Shown: positions 13,623 through 28,008, counted from the first letter of the stretch. The stretch: DNA of 64,000 bases from Paraphysomonas bandaiensis (GCA_965644295.1 CBFFRP010000011.1:62001-126000), one strand, 5' to 3'. Notes: a model not told the origin generated them from the sequence alone. Numbers and translations: made by a program.

Positions 13623-14203
13623 ATGAGTTCTGCTGCTACTTTAACTTCTTGGGAAAATTTTGGTGAAAAGATTAAAGGACTGTTCATTGGCGAATCTGAG
13701 GCTAACGCAGAGTCAAGATTAGAAGCTTATCGCCGAAGTAACTCTTTTTCGGGTCAGACTTCGACAGAAGAACAGGGCTTATGGAAAAAGCTGTTTACTT
13801 ATAATCGGCGCCCTACGGTTGTAGTGCCCATGCAGGCTGCCGATACTGAGCGGAGGACATACCCAGGGTACAATAGAGACAATACTCATCGTAATGCTCG
13901 ACGTACAACTGCTATACAAATTAACGACATGCTGGCATCATTTCGAAAGAATTCTGTCCACCCAGCTCCGTCTACTATGGTAGACAGACGAAATGCTGTT
14001 GCAATGACTGGTCAAGTCGAACCATTTCCTGTAAGAAAGAAACCACAGTCAGTGTTTCGAAATAAACCCCGACCGGTAAGTAGTAGAATGCTTTCTGCTA
14101 GTGGTATTGGGTCTAATTTGTATTTATACAGTGCCGAACACACGAGTTGGCAATTCTGGCTTGGGAAGCTCAGAATCCTCGCAAAAAGAAATGGTTTGCG
14201 TAG
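13623..14203 (+). CDS. Hypothetical basic protein (probably 2 exons)
   Basis: ORF from ATG 13623; GTAAGT..TACAG intron about 14076-14132 gives C-terminus CRTHELAILAWEAQNPRKKKWFA*; unspliced ORF ends at 14246. Confidence 0.55.
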
Positions 14204-14763
14204 GCCCGATATAAAAATCATCACTGTATATAGCGGTTCTTTTTGATATATTTTACTTTAACATGAGTGCAGTTATCTGCACTGATATTTTCTGAACTTC
14301 ATTTCGTTGAATTATTTATGCTTTAACTTGATTCTGAATTATATTATCAATTTTTACTGGAATTAATTAACTAACATTTTCCTATAAGTTGTCAGTGATA
14401 GGTAAAAGCTAATATATATTATCCTAATTCAAACGCTAATTGCAGTACATATTGCTATTTGCTAATGCTTTCGTAGGAGTAGCAAAACTTGTTTCTCAGC
14501 CGAATATGCTGTGCCATTTCGTATTGTAGACATATCACTTCTGTGGCAAACTAGTGCAAGTCGTTCTTTGTTCACTGGGTTCCAATATAACCCAGTTCGA
14601 TTGAAATATGATTTCCTCGTAAAAATCATAGTTAATATTTAATACTCTTCTTTATAAATAGGATATACATGTCTACATGACAATATCAGATTTTGTTACT
14701 TGAAAGCAAGCTACACACAGCAAGAAAAATACACTGATATAATGACATAGGCTTTGAACACTA

Positions 14764-16603
14764 CTATAACAAGTCTTCAAAATCTCCAACTTTTAGCTCC
14801 GTCGTCCATGCCTTTGAGTCTATATGACACAATATTATGCACATCAAAATGTACAGTTAAAACCAACAATAAACTTATATATATAGTTATTAGCCTTACC
14901 CGTCAGCCGGAAGAGTAGAACGCACTGGAGGAGCTGCAGAACGCTCCGTTTCCCACCACCTACGTTACGCACCTCGACGTTAATATTCTACATGCTGGTA
15001 ATACAAGTGGATGTATGCACACTATACGTAAATTGAGCACACTAAAGAGCGAAAACGTACGGCTTTTCTTTTGGCATATCTTTCGGCATATCTTCTGGTT
15101 TGAAACTTTTCCCATTGTATTGTTCGTCTTTCCACCTAAAGCACAGTACACAAGTTAAACAACTCGCGAAAACTCTGGGAATGAGAGTCACAAACCAGTC
15201 AGCCGGAGCAGGTGGGGGCGCAGGCGCTGGCTTTTCGAGTTCCCACCAACTTCATAACACAAAAAAGTTAGATTGGAACGTGAGATTGTTACGCTTCAAT
15301 GTACACAGTACACTGCATGCGCGAATATTCACCACCAGTGTATGACAAATATACAGCAACAGCACAGTACAGGACAACGTACGATGGAGTTTTTCTCCAC
15401 CAATCTCTAGCTGCTTTCTTTTCTTCCTCAGTCATCTCTCGTCTCAAGTGTAGCTGAATATTTGCAGACATTTCATTAATTCATTAGTCAATCTGCTACC
15501 ACTACACATAAGCAAACCTTTTCTTCCTCAATAGCTCTCTGGAGCGAGTTTAACCTCCAGAAAGAGGCCTCCCTATAAAGCTAAACAAATGTCAGTGCTG
15601 ACACACGCACCAAGAAATAACATCATGGCCGGCACACTATCATAACAGAATATCGAATGGTAGATACAACATACGCAGTATACGTTCAAAGACGTCTATT
15701 GGCAATACTACTAGCTATGGACTACCTGAGCCAATAACTTCCTGTCAGATGGAAGTAAACCATCCCTCAGAAACATCAATATATACCGAAACAACCACCT
15801 ACAATAAAAACAGTTGAAAAGGAAGCCGTTGTTCACTGCTTCTGAATAAAAACGCACCAATCTCGGTCGAAAAAGAAGACGCCATCATGGTCAGGAGCTA
15901 TAGGCGGCTCTTCTGAGCATATCAGAGCCAGAAGAGACCTACATTGGATCATGCAATTAGAGCCTCGTAAAACAATAATGAACCACTGTAAGGTAAGAGT
16001 TGTGCACTTTTTAGTTATAATAACAAACACGATACTCTGACCCGTATTCAGCATATCGATATGACGAAACATACCTTTCATCACGTTTCAGAACGGCTTC
16101 AGTAGCTTCAAACATCTATAAAATACCGTTTAATTTAAAATATCGCCTGTTTTACAAATATACGCATTAGATGTGTGGCCTTACCAGTCCCCCCACATTC
16201 AACATGACTCTCTTGGCAGTTGTGTTGGCAATCATATCCGCACTTATCCAATTGTCTTTCTGTACTACTTTGAGAGCATCTTTATAGGCTTCAACTTTAG
16301 CAGCAGAAACACGAAGTAGTCGACGCTCTTCACGCATAAATGATCGCAGACGTATCAACTAATACACCCCAACACTGTCATGTAAGCAGCAAGTCACAGT
16401 GACAGTATACTCATACATGCTCTGTTCTTTCAATCAATCTCTCAAGACGCTCTACAGTAACAGTGGATTCCAAACTATCCTCATCCGCAAATGCTCTCTA
16501 ACAATACAGTCATGCGTCATGTACATCTACATACACACATACACACACGGCCCTCACTGACCTGCATATTCATTAACTTCTGAAGCTGCTGAACGGTCGC
16601 CAT
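14764..16603 (-). CDS. BTB/POZ (KCTD/Kv T1-type) domain protein with N-terminal coiled coil, multi-exon
   Basis: Spliced motifs VMLNVGGL|MFEAT, SLLALIC, FFFDRDW|WLFRYILMFLRDG, LYGEASFWRLNSL. Confidence 0.8.
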
Positions 16604-16857
16604 ATTGGAATAATAAGGATGTTGTAACTATCTCTCCTCAGGCTCTGGTTATTGAGTTATAAGATGAGGCGGTGGGATCTATCTGTGTATGTATGGGCTT
16701 AACGTGAGTTCATTTTCAAACCCAGTCCACTTACAACGCCCCGTATATTATCATACATCCGTCAGTGCTATCCTGTATATTCCAATACACACCATACCTT
16801 CCCGTTCAGAAATATCCGGTCCGTCTCCCCCGTATCATCTACCATACATAACAGCTG

Positions 16858-17104
16858 TGTGTATGTATGTATGTATGTATGTATGTATGTATGTATGTAT
16901 GTATGTATGTATGTATGTATGTATGTATGTATGTATGTATGTATGTATGTATGTATGTATGTATGTATGTATGTATGTATGTATGTATGTATGTATGTAT
17001 GTATGTATGTATGTATGTATGTATGTATGTATGTATGTATGTATGTATGTATGTATGTATGTATGTATGTATGTATGTATGTATGTATGTATGTATGTAT
17101 GTAT
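16858..17104. repeat. (GTAT)n microsatellite, about 245 bp
   Basis: Directly visible; lies between divergent BTB and Tctex-1 genes. Confidence 0.98.
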
Positions 17105-17229
17105 ATACACGAAACGGTCTCAGTTCAATTAATAGTCCTGAGCAGTGAGCTGACCTCATCACACACTCCTACACAACCCTCTAATACCACTAGGATATAT
17201 TTGCATCTAGCAATAGTCTTATCACTCAT

Positions 17230-17916
17230 ATGTCAGCTGCAGCTCCCCCCCCAACAGATCAAACTATCGTGAAGCTCACATATCGTCAGAAGTACATCTA
17301 CCCACCCCATCTACCACATTCATCTCACTACTATACGATCACAGGGTGCCGATATCATCAATGAAAGAAATCATACAGGAGTGCTTACAAGATAAGCTTA
17401 CAGGAAAGCAGTATGAGGTAACACACACACGGTCGTATATACAGACACTTAACGCTTGTGTTGACAGGGTGAGAAATGTGCAGAAGCTGCCCGTTTATTG
17501 TCTGACACAATCAGAGATCGACTTAAAGGTTTAGTTACATTAATAGTCTTTTTGTTTAAATAATTTTGTATTTTTGTTGTAGCCTTAAATTATGAGCGAT
17601 ACAAGTTTGCGGTTCAGGTTTTATTCCATTATTACGGATGCTAAAATACTAATTGCGTATATACGACAGGTTATAATAGGCGAGAGACGAGATCAAGGAG
17701 TGAGGTAAATCGTGGATATTAATATTGCTTTTGTATAATGTAGCTATTGCAGAATGGGTACTCGCTGCTTCTGGGATTCAAATACAGATAACCAAGCGTC
17801 TGCTACTTTTTTCAATGTAAGTTGAGAGCTACTGTTGTCTTGGTTTGGGTTCTGATTAGTTCCTGTAGGATCATATATTTGCCGTCGCTACTGCGTATGC
17901 TGTGTACTTTTATTAG
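17230..17916 (+). CDS. Tctex-1 family dynein light chain (TCTEX1D2/DYNLT2B-like), 7 exons
   Basis: Spliced protein ..EIIQECLQDKLTGKQYE..LSDTIRDRLK..YERYKFAVQVIIGERRDQGVRMGTRCFWDSNTDNQASATFFNDHIFAVATAYAVYFY*. Confidence 0.9.
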
Positions 17917-18449
17917 ATATAAGCCTGATTCCGCTACTGCGGATTTTTAAGGCTTCTTGTTACTTCAGTTGTTTATTCAACCAGACAGAAGTGCAGCACA
18001 TGTTAGGCGTATGTGTACAAATCATATGACTTGTCATGACTCTGTGATAGTAGCGTAGATGGTGTGCGATAGCTTCAAATTTATATAGTAATCAGTAAGA
18101 AACAAAGAGAATAATCCAGAGTACAGATCAGTGGTAGCACTACGCCGACGCAACGCCAGTCGAGTTTGTCTCCGGTTACTACTGCATAAACAATTAAAAC
18201 AGGAGTGGTAAACCAAAACTGGAGAATTTTACATTCTTGATTCTCATGTGGAAGACAATCATTTGCACTCACAAGAAAACATTCATACTTGGTAGTAAAA
18301 AGGTTTGGGATCTACTATTGTACCAAGTCAATTTAGTGTAATTTCCTAGTCATACCAAAATTGGTGTAAAAATATAGTCATTATATAAGTATATTTCAAT
18401 TTACAATGACTAGAGTTTTACTAGATGTGATTGGTATTTAATATTTAAC

Positions 18450-18580
18450 AAATTAAGTGAATTGCAATAAGTAACTAATTTAATTAGAGTTAGTAAATTG
18501 GAAAGTAAATTGCAATTATAATTGCGCGAACTATAACTAATAATTGCAATTTAATTACAATTAATAGTTACGCAGCCCTG
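18450..18580 (-). mobile_element. Orphan end of the same hAT-like family as at 878
   Basis: GTTACGCAGCCCTG at 18567-18580 preceded by AATTGCAAT repeats. Confidence 0.5.
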
Positions 18581-19027
18581 GTATTCACCTAGCCAGAAAT
18601 AACATATTTACTCAAACATGGGAGCATACTCTAACCATCAATTCATGAAAGTAGATATTGTATACATGCTTCTTGTAGTTAGTAGTTAAGAACCACGCGG
18701 TCATCGATGCATATCATTCATATACTGGGGGTGGCACACGTCCGTATTCTTTCATTCTCCTGGCCTACGGGTTATAATATTTGATGAGGGTTGCTGCAGG
18801 CCTGATTGATAATTAATTCGCAGCACAGCTAATAATAGTTGATTACTTATTCGTCGACAATATTAACTGCTTTTAACAAAGAGTTGATTCCCTAGTTGAT
18901 GAAAAAATATTAACAACGAGAAATAACGGTATAGAATTGGTATTGTCTAATTATTTAATTAGCACAATAGCTATTCAACAAACACTTTCTCCTAATAATG
19001 CTTCACTGCAAAGCAAATGCGCTGTTT

Positions 19028-22000
19028 TCACTTTCGCGTTATTCTATCTAATTCAGTATTTATACTTTCGAGGTTATTTCTTTCCAGTGCAATTTGATTC
19101 AAGGTTTCTTCGAGCATTCTTTCAAGGATCTGAGCCTTCTTTTTATCCTTGGCGGAGACAGATTTAGCCAGAGAACTATTCGAGTCCCCGGACCAGTAAG
19201 TCATCATACTGGCTGATTTCTCTCCCTTCTTCACCGGGTACTTACTGCCCAAACTAGATGACGACTTAGAAAACATAGACATATTACTCTTAGATCGATT
19301 AATTTTCTGGCTCTGTGATTCGTTGGTGCTGGCGCTCGGACTAGAATCAGAGCCATCATCTCCAAATAACTTCCCAGCAGCATACGCCTCAAACATGTCT
19401 TGAACGGAGAGGTTTCCCTGGTTCCATCTACGTAATGCATCTTTCTCGGACCGTACGCGGCTGTTGAAAGAATCCGACCCAACCATGTCATAGCTGCTTA
19501 CAGAGTGACGATGACTCTGTGACAAAGTATTTCGCTTCGATACCACTCGTTGAAGTGCCCTATCAACTGCTTCTTCAGTAGATTTATCATCTCCACCTGC
19601 ACTGGTACCACTTTGTTCAAACTGATAGGTGCCCACAATGCGAAGGTGGTCCGACAGACGCACTTCATCAGTACCTTTCGCTTTAGCATCCTTATCTCGT
19701 TTCGCAATAAATGCTTGAATGATGAATGAAAACATAATCGGAATTACAACAAGCACCATAAGTAGTCGGAATGTGTAAAAATAGAAAAGTGATGGCACAC
19801 GCTCTGTTTGAGCAGCGGCGTCCATGATGTATGTCCAATTGCCCAGCATAGCCACATAGAATAAAGTGTACATGGTCTGAAGCAAAGTGTTAAAGTTGAA
19901 CATATTTTCAAAGTTCAACCATATGGCAGCATCGTCATCGGCGTCATCATTTACATGATCACTGTTAAACACTCCACAGAGGCGATTATAGCCGATTACT
20001 GAGAAGAAGTATACGAAACAAAAAATAATGAATAGCACGCGCAGGAGTAGTGGCATCAGTGAGATGAATAAATCAGAATCAGATAAGTACCGAACCAACA
20101 CAAAGTACCTCGCTGATTGAAATATGAGCAAACAAAAGTACTGTGTGCTATAGTATCCCGAGTCGTTACTGGTACCGAGCATGATCATAAACACCAGAGT
20201 TAGAATATTAAGGGAGAATATATATCCAAATCCGCCGCGTCGGAAGTACACCATAAAGCCCCATGCAAACATAAAAAAAATCATTTCCATCCATAACAAT
20301 GCCTCCAATACCCAGCCAAGGCGAATCCAGTGCAGAGTGTGCGATCGCCGAGACATGAACACAAGCTGTATGGCTAATAGTAGTTTGACTGCACAGAAAA
20401 AACACTCGAATGGAGAAATATTCATGCTGCTATTCTTTGGAATCAGATAGGAGGGTAATAATCTATCCAGAGGTATATTATATTTAATCATTTGTACTGC
20501 TTTAAGACGCATAAGGAAAAATAACTTCTCGAAAGGAGTTGTCGACATCGAGCCAGCCGTTATGAGTTCCGTTTCATCAATAGCATGAACATCGGTGGAT
20601 ACCTTCGATGTACTTTCGATGCGTGAGCGGTATTCCAACCTCGAGGGAATCTTTTGACGAGGAGTGTAAGAAGACGATCGTTCCTGTCGCACACTTGGGC
20701 GCGACATGCAAGCACTCTCATCAAAATTGTCTTGAGTCAAAGAAGGCCCTGTGCTGGGGTCACTGCGAGATCTTTCATTCCGCGATTCAGCAGATACTTT
20801 TTCTGGTGCATCCAAGATAGGGTTGGAAATAAACATTTTTACACTGTCTCTTTTTTTCAGTGTCTCCTCGGTAAGACAGGAGCCATCAAAAGAGGATTTT
20901 CTGACATTTTCCTCGCTTTTCTCAATGGCAGCAGGCTTAGTAACATCAATTGCCACTCGAGCGGACAGTAGCGCAGAGAGGCGGAATAACCCAATGCAGT
21001 CGATACAATCAAAACTCGCTTTTGAATTGTCCTTTTCGCACTCCAAGGAGAAAAGTGCTTCTGCCAGCTGACAAGTTACGCTATACTTACCCTGAATATT
21101 TGAACAAAACCCGACCCATGTATCTCGAGAGATAAATCCTCTATCATCACTCAGTAGGTCATGAATTGCGACAAAAGCCTGTCGCCGGTTACGCAATTGA
21201 CGCTTAAACAGAACTCCCGAAAATTTTTTATATTGTCGATTTCCGACTGCTACAATGAGGTTAATGCAAATCAAATCTGCGGCAATAGTGAGTGCCATGA
21301 AAAATAATGTAGAGGTGCTGTTGACTTCATAATACGGGGTCAATGCGAGAATACTGAATGATCTTGAGGTGGCGCTCTGAAGGACTGTGAGCATCGTCTC
21401 GCCGAAAGTACCAAATCGATCGCCATAGTTCACATCCACACCACGGAACACAACATACCCTAGAAAACTCCAGAAAAACTGAACCATTACTAAAAACATG
21501 AGTATAGGTATCGATTTTGTGAAGGATAGAAACAGGCCATGAACCATCTGTCGCATACTATTGCGTCGGGCAATGTAAATCATGGGGATGAGGCACCTCG
21601 CGAACCGTACAGGTCTTTGTGAAGCCAGAAACACAATTACATCAGCAAACAGTAGAGATGCACATATGAGACGAATCAGAATCCATTTGTCCTTATACAC
21701 TGGTAAGCCGTTATTCCGTTCCTTGCCGTTGTTGACCACCAGACGCAATCCAATTTCGAAAATATATACCAATGTACAAAACAAATCGAACAAATTGATT
21801 GCCAGGCGAGGTAAGTACTCTCCGTTATCTGTAGAAAACAGAGATATAGTTTCGTGGTCACGCATTTTCTGCCACGGGCAATATGGCTCGCCCATGAAAG
21901 GCGAGCATAGATGTAGAAAAAAGAGTACAGTGTAAACTTGAAGAAATCTCCTCGATCGAGTAATGCGATAACACTTCAATTGAAACTCATTCTAAAAAAA

Positions 22001-22316
22001 ATAATTTAAACATAATCCAACACAATAAAATCATCTCAACTAACCTGTGGATAGTCTATCTTCCAACCAAGCACACCATCATCGAACCTGTGTACATAAG
22101 ACATGCGTATAAACAAGAGGGAGCTACTACAATACACACACACCATCTGCCGGCTAAGAGTTCCTTCTCACTACTGCTTAAGTCACATTTTTGAGGTACA
22201 TTAATAACAATGTCATCGTTCATAAGCAAATCAGCCCATTCCATTTGTAGTTTTTGTAATTCAGGGTCGATATCTGTCTGAGTGAGCATAACGGGAGGCT
22301 TAGTGCTGTCAAACAT
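19028..22316 (-). CDS. Two-pore channel (TPC)-like cation channel
   Basis: Two 6-TM Shaker-like repeats separated by an EF-hand-like linker (DDRGFISRDTW); pore loops FGTFGETMLTVLQSATSRSF and FNTLLQTMYTLFYVAMLGNW; two short 5' exons; C-terminal coiled coil. Confidence 0.8.
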
Positions 22317-23079
22317 TGTCACAATGATAATTGTTATGTCAGATAAATGCAAGTAGATGATACATTATAAATGGGATTGTGAAATATGAGGGATTTCGTT
22401 TGCATTAGTGTGTTATAGTGAGAGATATTAAAATGACTGGATTTCATGTGCATAAATTAACTGCAACAGTTAACGATATACAGTACAAGTATACGCTATA
22501 CGCTATACGCCTATACGCTATACGCCTATGCCTATACCTGTATGCTACATGATATGATTGATATACAGCATCTGTACTGGAGCAATAGATATATATACAT
22601 ATACAGCAGCAGTAGAGCCAAAGATACCACAGATATGTAGTGTACTTTTGGACAGTATAACAGTACAATTTGTCTTCTCAACAGTACGTCCCAACTACAA
22701 TAAAAAAACAACAACTAGGTTTTACTTACCGAACTTTTAGTACATGAAACTACATGATTTTTATATCAAAACAAAAATTCTCCTAAAAATCAGTTTCCGA
22801 TATTCATATAAAGCCTTGTTTTTCATTGGCGATATATCGCACTGCTGCTGGTGCTGTCGTATACATGTTCTGTGGTGCACGATGAAGTAAAAAAAGAACA
22901 ACAGTCAGAACAGCAGCAGTATACATACATACACTATGAAGCATCCAGTAGACTTTGATTATGAGATGTACGTACATACATACAAGTACCTGACTGTTGT
23001 AATGACTTGAACAGATCACTCTTATTAACCAGATCCCACCTCCCTCTATACTTTAAACTCACCCATATCGGAGGAACAA

Positions 23080-24396
23080 ATGGACTGCAATTGTTCATGT
23101 AATACAATGTGCTCAAGTGCCGCATTCTTTGGCGGGATAGGCGTATGGTATGTATGGAGATCTTTAAATAAGCATACCCGTAAACTCTCCTCACCATCCA
23201 CCTCCGCATCATCTTCAGAGTCACAATCGGGTGATGTGGGGTACACCAATGTTGAACCTCTTGCCTTACCTGTCATCGATGTTGCTGCTTTTATGAATAA
23301 AGTCAATAGACCGGATTACTATGAGAAGGAGTGTGCTAAGCTCTCTGATGCCTTACAAATGTATGGCTGTGCAGTTATACGTGATCCTAGAGTGGATTAT
23401 GACTTCAACAACACATTTTTAGATATGATGGAAAGATACTTCACACTCTCTGATGGAGTGAGAGGTGAGTTTATTGTTTCTTATTAATATATATCACGAC
23501 TTATTTTCTTGTTACAGATGCTCGTCCTCAGTATCACTATCAGGTTGGTGTCACTCCCGAGCGCATCGAACGTGCCCGGGATCATTGTAAGGCTATGGGA
23601 GCTTATCGTGGCAAGGACAAGCCTCTTTCCCCTTGCCCACCTGAACTTGACGCGAAATGGCGATTTTTCTGGCGTGTTGGGCCCACTCCCAAATCCTCTC
23701 GCTTCCCTTCACTTAACATGGATCCCGTAATCCCACCAGAAATTCCTGAGTGGAAAGATGTTATGGATTCCTGGGGAAGCAAGATGTTGGCTTCTCTTTT
23801 TGTTGTTGCGGAAATGGCTGCAGTCGGATTCGAGTTGCCATCTGACGCCTTTACTTCGCGCATGCAGTTTGGACCTCATCTCCTGGCACCTACTGGGTCA
23901 GATCTCAGCAAATACGGTAAGGCGCATCTCATCATGGGGGATGACCTTGATACTCATGATTTATTGTGCAGGCAAGAACAAGCAGGTTCTCGCTGGCTTT
24001 CACACCGACCTCAACTTTCTTACCATTCATGGAAAGTCTCGCTACCCAGGCCTCTATGTGTGGACCAGACAAGGTGAGAAGAAGCAAGTTAAGGTCCCTG
24101 ATGGATGCCTCTTGGTGCAAGCCGGGAAACAGATTGAGTATCTGACGGGTGGTCATGTCAAGGCGGGATTTCATGAGGTTGTGGTGAACGAGAACACGCT
24201 GGAGGTAATCAAACGGCGCAAACAGGAAGGCAAGCCCTTGTGGCGTGTGTCCTCAACACTCTTCGGTCATATTGCTTCGGATCAAACCCTCGAGCCATTG
24301 GGACGCTTTAACACCCCAGAGGCAGTTGAGGTCTACCCACCAGTTTATGCTGGAGATCAAGTTCAAAATGAGCTCAAGCTTATCAAACTGCATTAA
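23080..24396 (+). CDS. 2-oxoglutarate/Fe(II)-dependent oxygenase (IPNS/DIOX-like) with N-terminal membrane anchor, 3 exons
   Basis: LPVIDV, HxD (GFHTDLNFLTIH), distal H (AGFHEV), RxS (WRVSS); introns near 23465-23518 and 23917-23971. Confidence 0.85.
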
Positions 24397-24770
24397 TTGA
24401 TATGTGGTAGTATTCTAGTTTTAATATCATGTAGTACCTTTTTTCCTGGGTGCTGTTTGAAGAAATATATGCGGCAATTATTGGGAAGTGTGTGGTGTCT
24501 AGAGAATAGTTGATCTGGTATTTCAATGTTTCAAACCCAATTCAAGCTATTTTTCTAGCCCTGCGAGTTATGTTACTTGCTTATCGAAAGCAATAAGTTT
24601 ATAACAACTCTACTAGATAATTTTGACACTTTCTTGCTCAACTAGAAGTAGTTAATGTTGATAAAATGTTTAAGCTAATGATGATGAATCACCGGCTTTA
24701 AATTATAGTCAACAATAAAATTTAATAACATTTATATAGCATAGTGCAGAAGCTGTGTAAATATTTCTAA

Positions 24771-26076
24771 CTAAGTGCTAACGAAACTCAGTAAACTGAG
24801 GGCTTCTATTTTCTTCTTATCTCTAATAAATAGCTTCCTGAGATGCTTGTAGTTTGGCCTGTCATAAAACCCAAGGTTCATGATGTGGTCAAAATATTCG
24901 TAGAATGCGCCTAATTTAAGATAACATTAAGTATTAGTAACCTCGACAGCGATGTATAAGCAAAATATTAATTCACCACTACCCTTAACTATATCCACAT
25001 AATATAATCCACCCACCTGGAAGAGTAGAACATATACTGCTGATGGAAGCTGTCTGCATAGTATGCACAAGAAGTTGGGGATCATTGCGAATACTTGGTG
25101 TATACCATGGAAGGTATCCACGTGCAATGTGGACGAGTGAATATCCCAAAGACATCATATCATCTCTGCGTGACCGTTCTGAAAATAGTAATAGATAAGC
25201 ACAAATATGCGTGAATTCAAACTTACGTATGCCTATCATGGAATAAACAGACTTATATATGCCTGGGCGGCTCCTGTGTGCACTATCAGAATAGGGGACA
25301 TGATTGCCGTCTGGAGTAATATACGGAGCACTGGCGTCAAAATCTATTAGGTAGTAGCTGCACGACACCATTTTGCACATCTGCATCGACCCCGCCATAT
25401 TAACAGGGCGAACATCTCGATGTATCAACCCTTTATCGTGGAATGATTCGAACGTTGTGAGCATAGAGATTGCTAGTCCTATAGCTTGGAGGACGGCATT
25501 ATGTGAATTGAACAGCTTACGGGGGATGTAGGTACTCATGCTAGGACCGACTCGTTCCATGGCAAGACAAGAGTAGTTTCCATGGGTGCCATACCACACC
25601 GCACGGCATATTCCCGCTGCAACACACATTAAAACGCGGGGTATATGTTATACTTCATTCAAAGTGTGTATACGTACGTGTGCTATTAAACTGGACAAGT
25701 GTTTTATACTCCTTCAGTAAAACTAATTTGCTCTCTTCGCCTGTGACGAATTTAACTGCAACAGGTTGAGATGTAGGTATATCCACTCCGGAATAAACCA
25801 TTCCGAATTTTCCTCTTCCTAATTCTCTTCTTAACTCAATCTGTTGAATATATATATGAATATTACTGTATATATATGAATATATCATACACGTACACGT
25901 CCTCCGATAAGATCTTTAGTATGAATACTACCAGCGATCTTTTCTTTTGCAGAAGTGTAATGAAGTATCCCTAATGGTCACTGTATGTTAGTAGAGTATC
26001 GTATGTATCATGGCTATATAGTTATACCGCTGAAGAGACTAGCAAGAAACACATACAGATGCATGCTATTAATCAT
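24771..26076 (-). CDS. Divergent casein kinase 1-like protein kinase, multi-exon
   Basis: LGRGKFGMVYSG, VAVK, IHRDVRPVN, YLIDFD, CK1-typical SRRDDMMSLGY..LPW and F.DRPNYKHLR. Confidence 0.8.
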
Positions 26077-26669
26077 ACTATTGATCTGGTGTAAGGTGTG
26101 TAGACATACTCAGTGAGGGGGTGTAATTGATGCATGTGTCCTTTAGTTGGAGCATGCATAGAGATCTGGACATATGAAGCAGCTCAATCCAACTGCACTG
26201 ACCATATATACACGTACTCCTACTGTACCATATATACACACATACACACATACTGCTGTACACGCACCTGCTACACATACACTGCTGTATACATTGCTGT
26301 ATACACTGCTGTATACTGGTATACCCTTCGGGTCTGTTTTCACAGTGTATACCACGTATACACTGTATACTGCATGTCCATTCAAGATCTCCTTTGGTGT
26401 CGAAATTTCCTGTCGCCAAAAAATTCTAAACAAATTTTTAAGAAACTAATTGATTGGCTAACCTTGAAATCTCAAACCTATCACATTACTCTTACCTAAA
26501 ACGATAGGCTGTGAATAATCGTTCGATAGAAGGTGCAGAATTTGTTGTTGGAATCAACGGGTACAGCAGTATGTATATATAGTTGAACAGACCACAGTAT
26601 CAACATACAAACATAAGTGAAGTGAATATAATATAATCAACCAGTAACTGTAAACAACACTAAAGAAGA

Positions 26670-26939
26670 ATGTTTCATCGAACACCACTTTATGCACGTG
26701 CAGTATCAGCTGCTGTTAGAAGAGGCTCCGATACTCCCTATCGATATCTACTGTGTAACCTACCTGGTTCATCCAAAATGTCAAGCAAGGCTGAGAGGGA
26801 TATTCTTTGTACAAATGCTTACACGGATTGTAAAGTGAAGAGTACACCCGAGAGACCGTGGAACTTAAAGAATTCTCGACAAAAATCTATAGTAAGCTTT
26901 GTTAAAAGCGACCTCATCAACTTTCTGTTCGGAAAATAA
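26670..26939 (+). CDS. Small hypothetical protein with mitochondrial-presequence-like N-terminus (3' end uncertain, may be spliced)
   Basis: MFHRTPLYARAVSAAVRRGS is R/S/A-rich and lacks acidic residues; GTAAG donor near 26892. Confidence 0.4.
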   Translation: MFHRTPLYARAVSAAVRRGSDTPYRYLLCNLPGSSKMSSKAERDILCTNAYTDCKVKSTPERPWNLKNSRQKSIVSFVKSDLINFLFGK

Positions 26940-28008
26940 ACTATTCCTCTCCTTCGTGTAACTTCCGAGTCCTTTGCTCTCCTTATATATTTATAGATCG
27001 ATTTAGTTTACTTCCGATGTTATTCCAATGCAGAGCAGATGTGATATATATATTGGGCTGTGTTAAAGCCATTTCACATTACTTGTCATAGTGCATTCGT
27101 GTCAATATCTTACCTGATGAAGTGCGTAATAATGTATTGCTGATTTGGCGTATGTTTTGTTTAGTTACATACCACTTCATTTAATATAGTAGGCTTAAAT
27201 CAAGCTATGATGCGTCGGCAAGGGAGTTAAATAAAGAATTATGAGTATATGCCTTTCCATTTCTATAACGAGACAACATTGAGTTAGCTTATCAGCGATT
27301 TGAGTTTGTGATACTTGAAGTGATATAACCCTACATGCGATTGATTAACATCATTATTAGAGTTTTGTCAATGTGATAACTTCGTCTAAGAGCTGTATTA
27401 TTTGTATATCGCAATCAATATATCATTAGACATATTTGTAAATAGAGGCACGGTTCTTAGGTGATTCTACAGAATTAATATCATATTAATACAATTCATC
27501 ATTTTGAATATTAGCAGAAGTCGCGACTTATATATACCTCATTCCTACAGTATGGCCATAGTGTAGGGTGTAGGATCTTTGGAACATCGCATATATCACC
27601 TTTTCTACCCTTCCGCTGGTTTACCAAATTGACTGATTCTGTGAGAGTCACGCTACTGCCCCATCCGTGTTTGCCATCACAAAGATTACGCGAGATTGTC
27701 ATAGATATACGACTTAAGACTTCCGCAAATTCTAGAAAAGCTATGTTCGATTTCCCAGCCTTGAGCAAAGACTATGCCGGATTTATCATGACCATGCATG
27801 ACTCAGTATAGACCTAGTATGGCATTGACTGAGCCCCCTACTCCTTAAGATGTGCAGGCTTTCACCATGTATGGACTATGCAAGTATTGTATATAGCTGG
27901 AACTTTCTTGGCGCCACACAGAAAGAATACGCCTGGATTCTAATAAAGATCTATGCATCGCTTAGGTTTGCAGACACTAGGGCATAGGCAGTATAGTGTA
28001 CTTTGTAG

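Noticed and set aside
878-18580. One 17.7-kb composite transposon bounded by inverted CAGGGCTGCGTAAC ends
   Set aside because: Flanking 8-mers differ (ATAATTTA vs GTATTCAC), so there is no TSD, and ordinary host genes lie between; two independent remnants are more likely
27480-27990. Coding-like fragments left of the hAT element (also about 400-800, 9500-9830, 47340-48100)
   Set aside because: Stop-interrupted with no recognisable motif; possibly old TE debris but cannot be assigned
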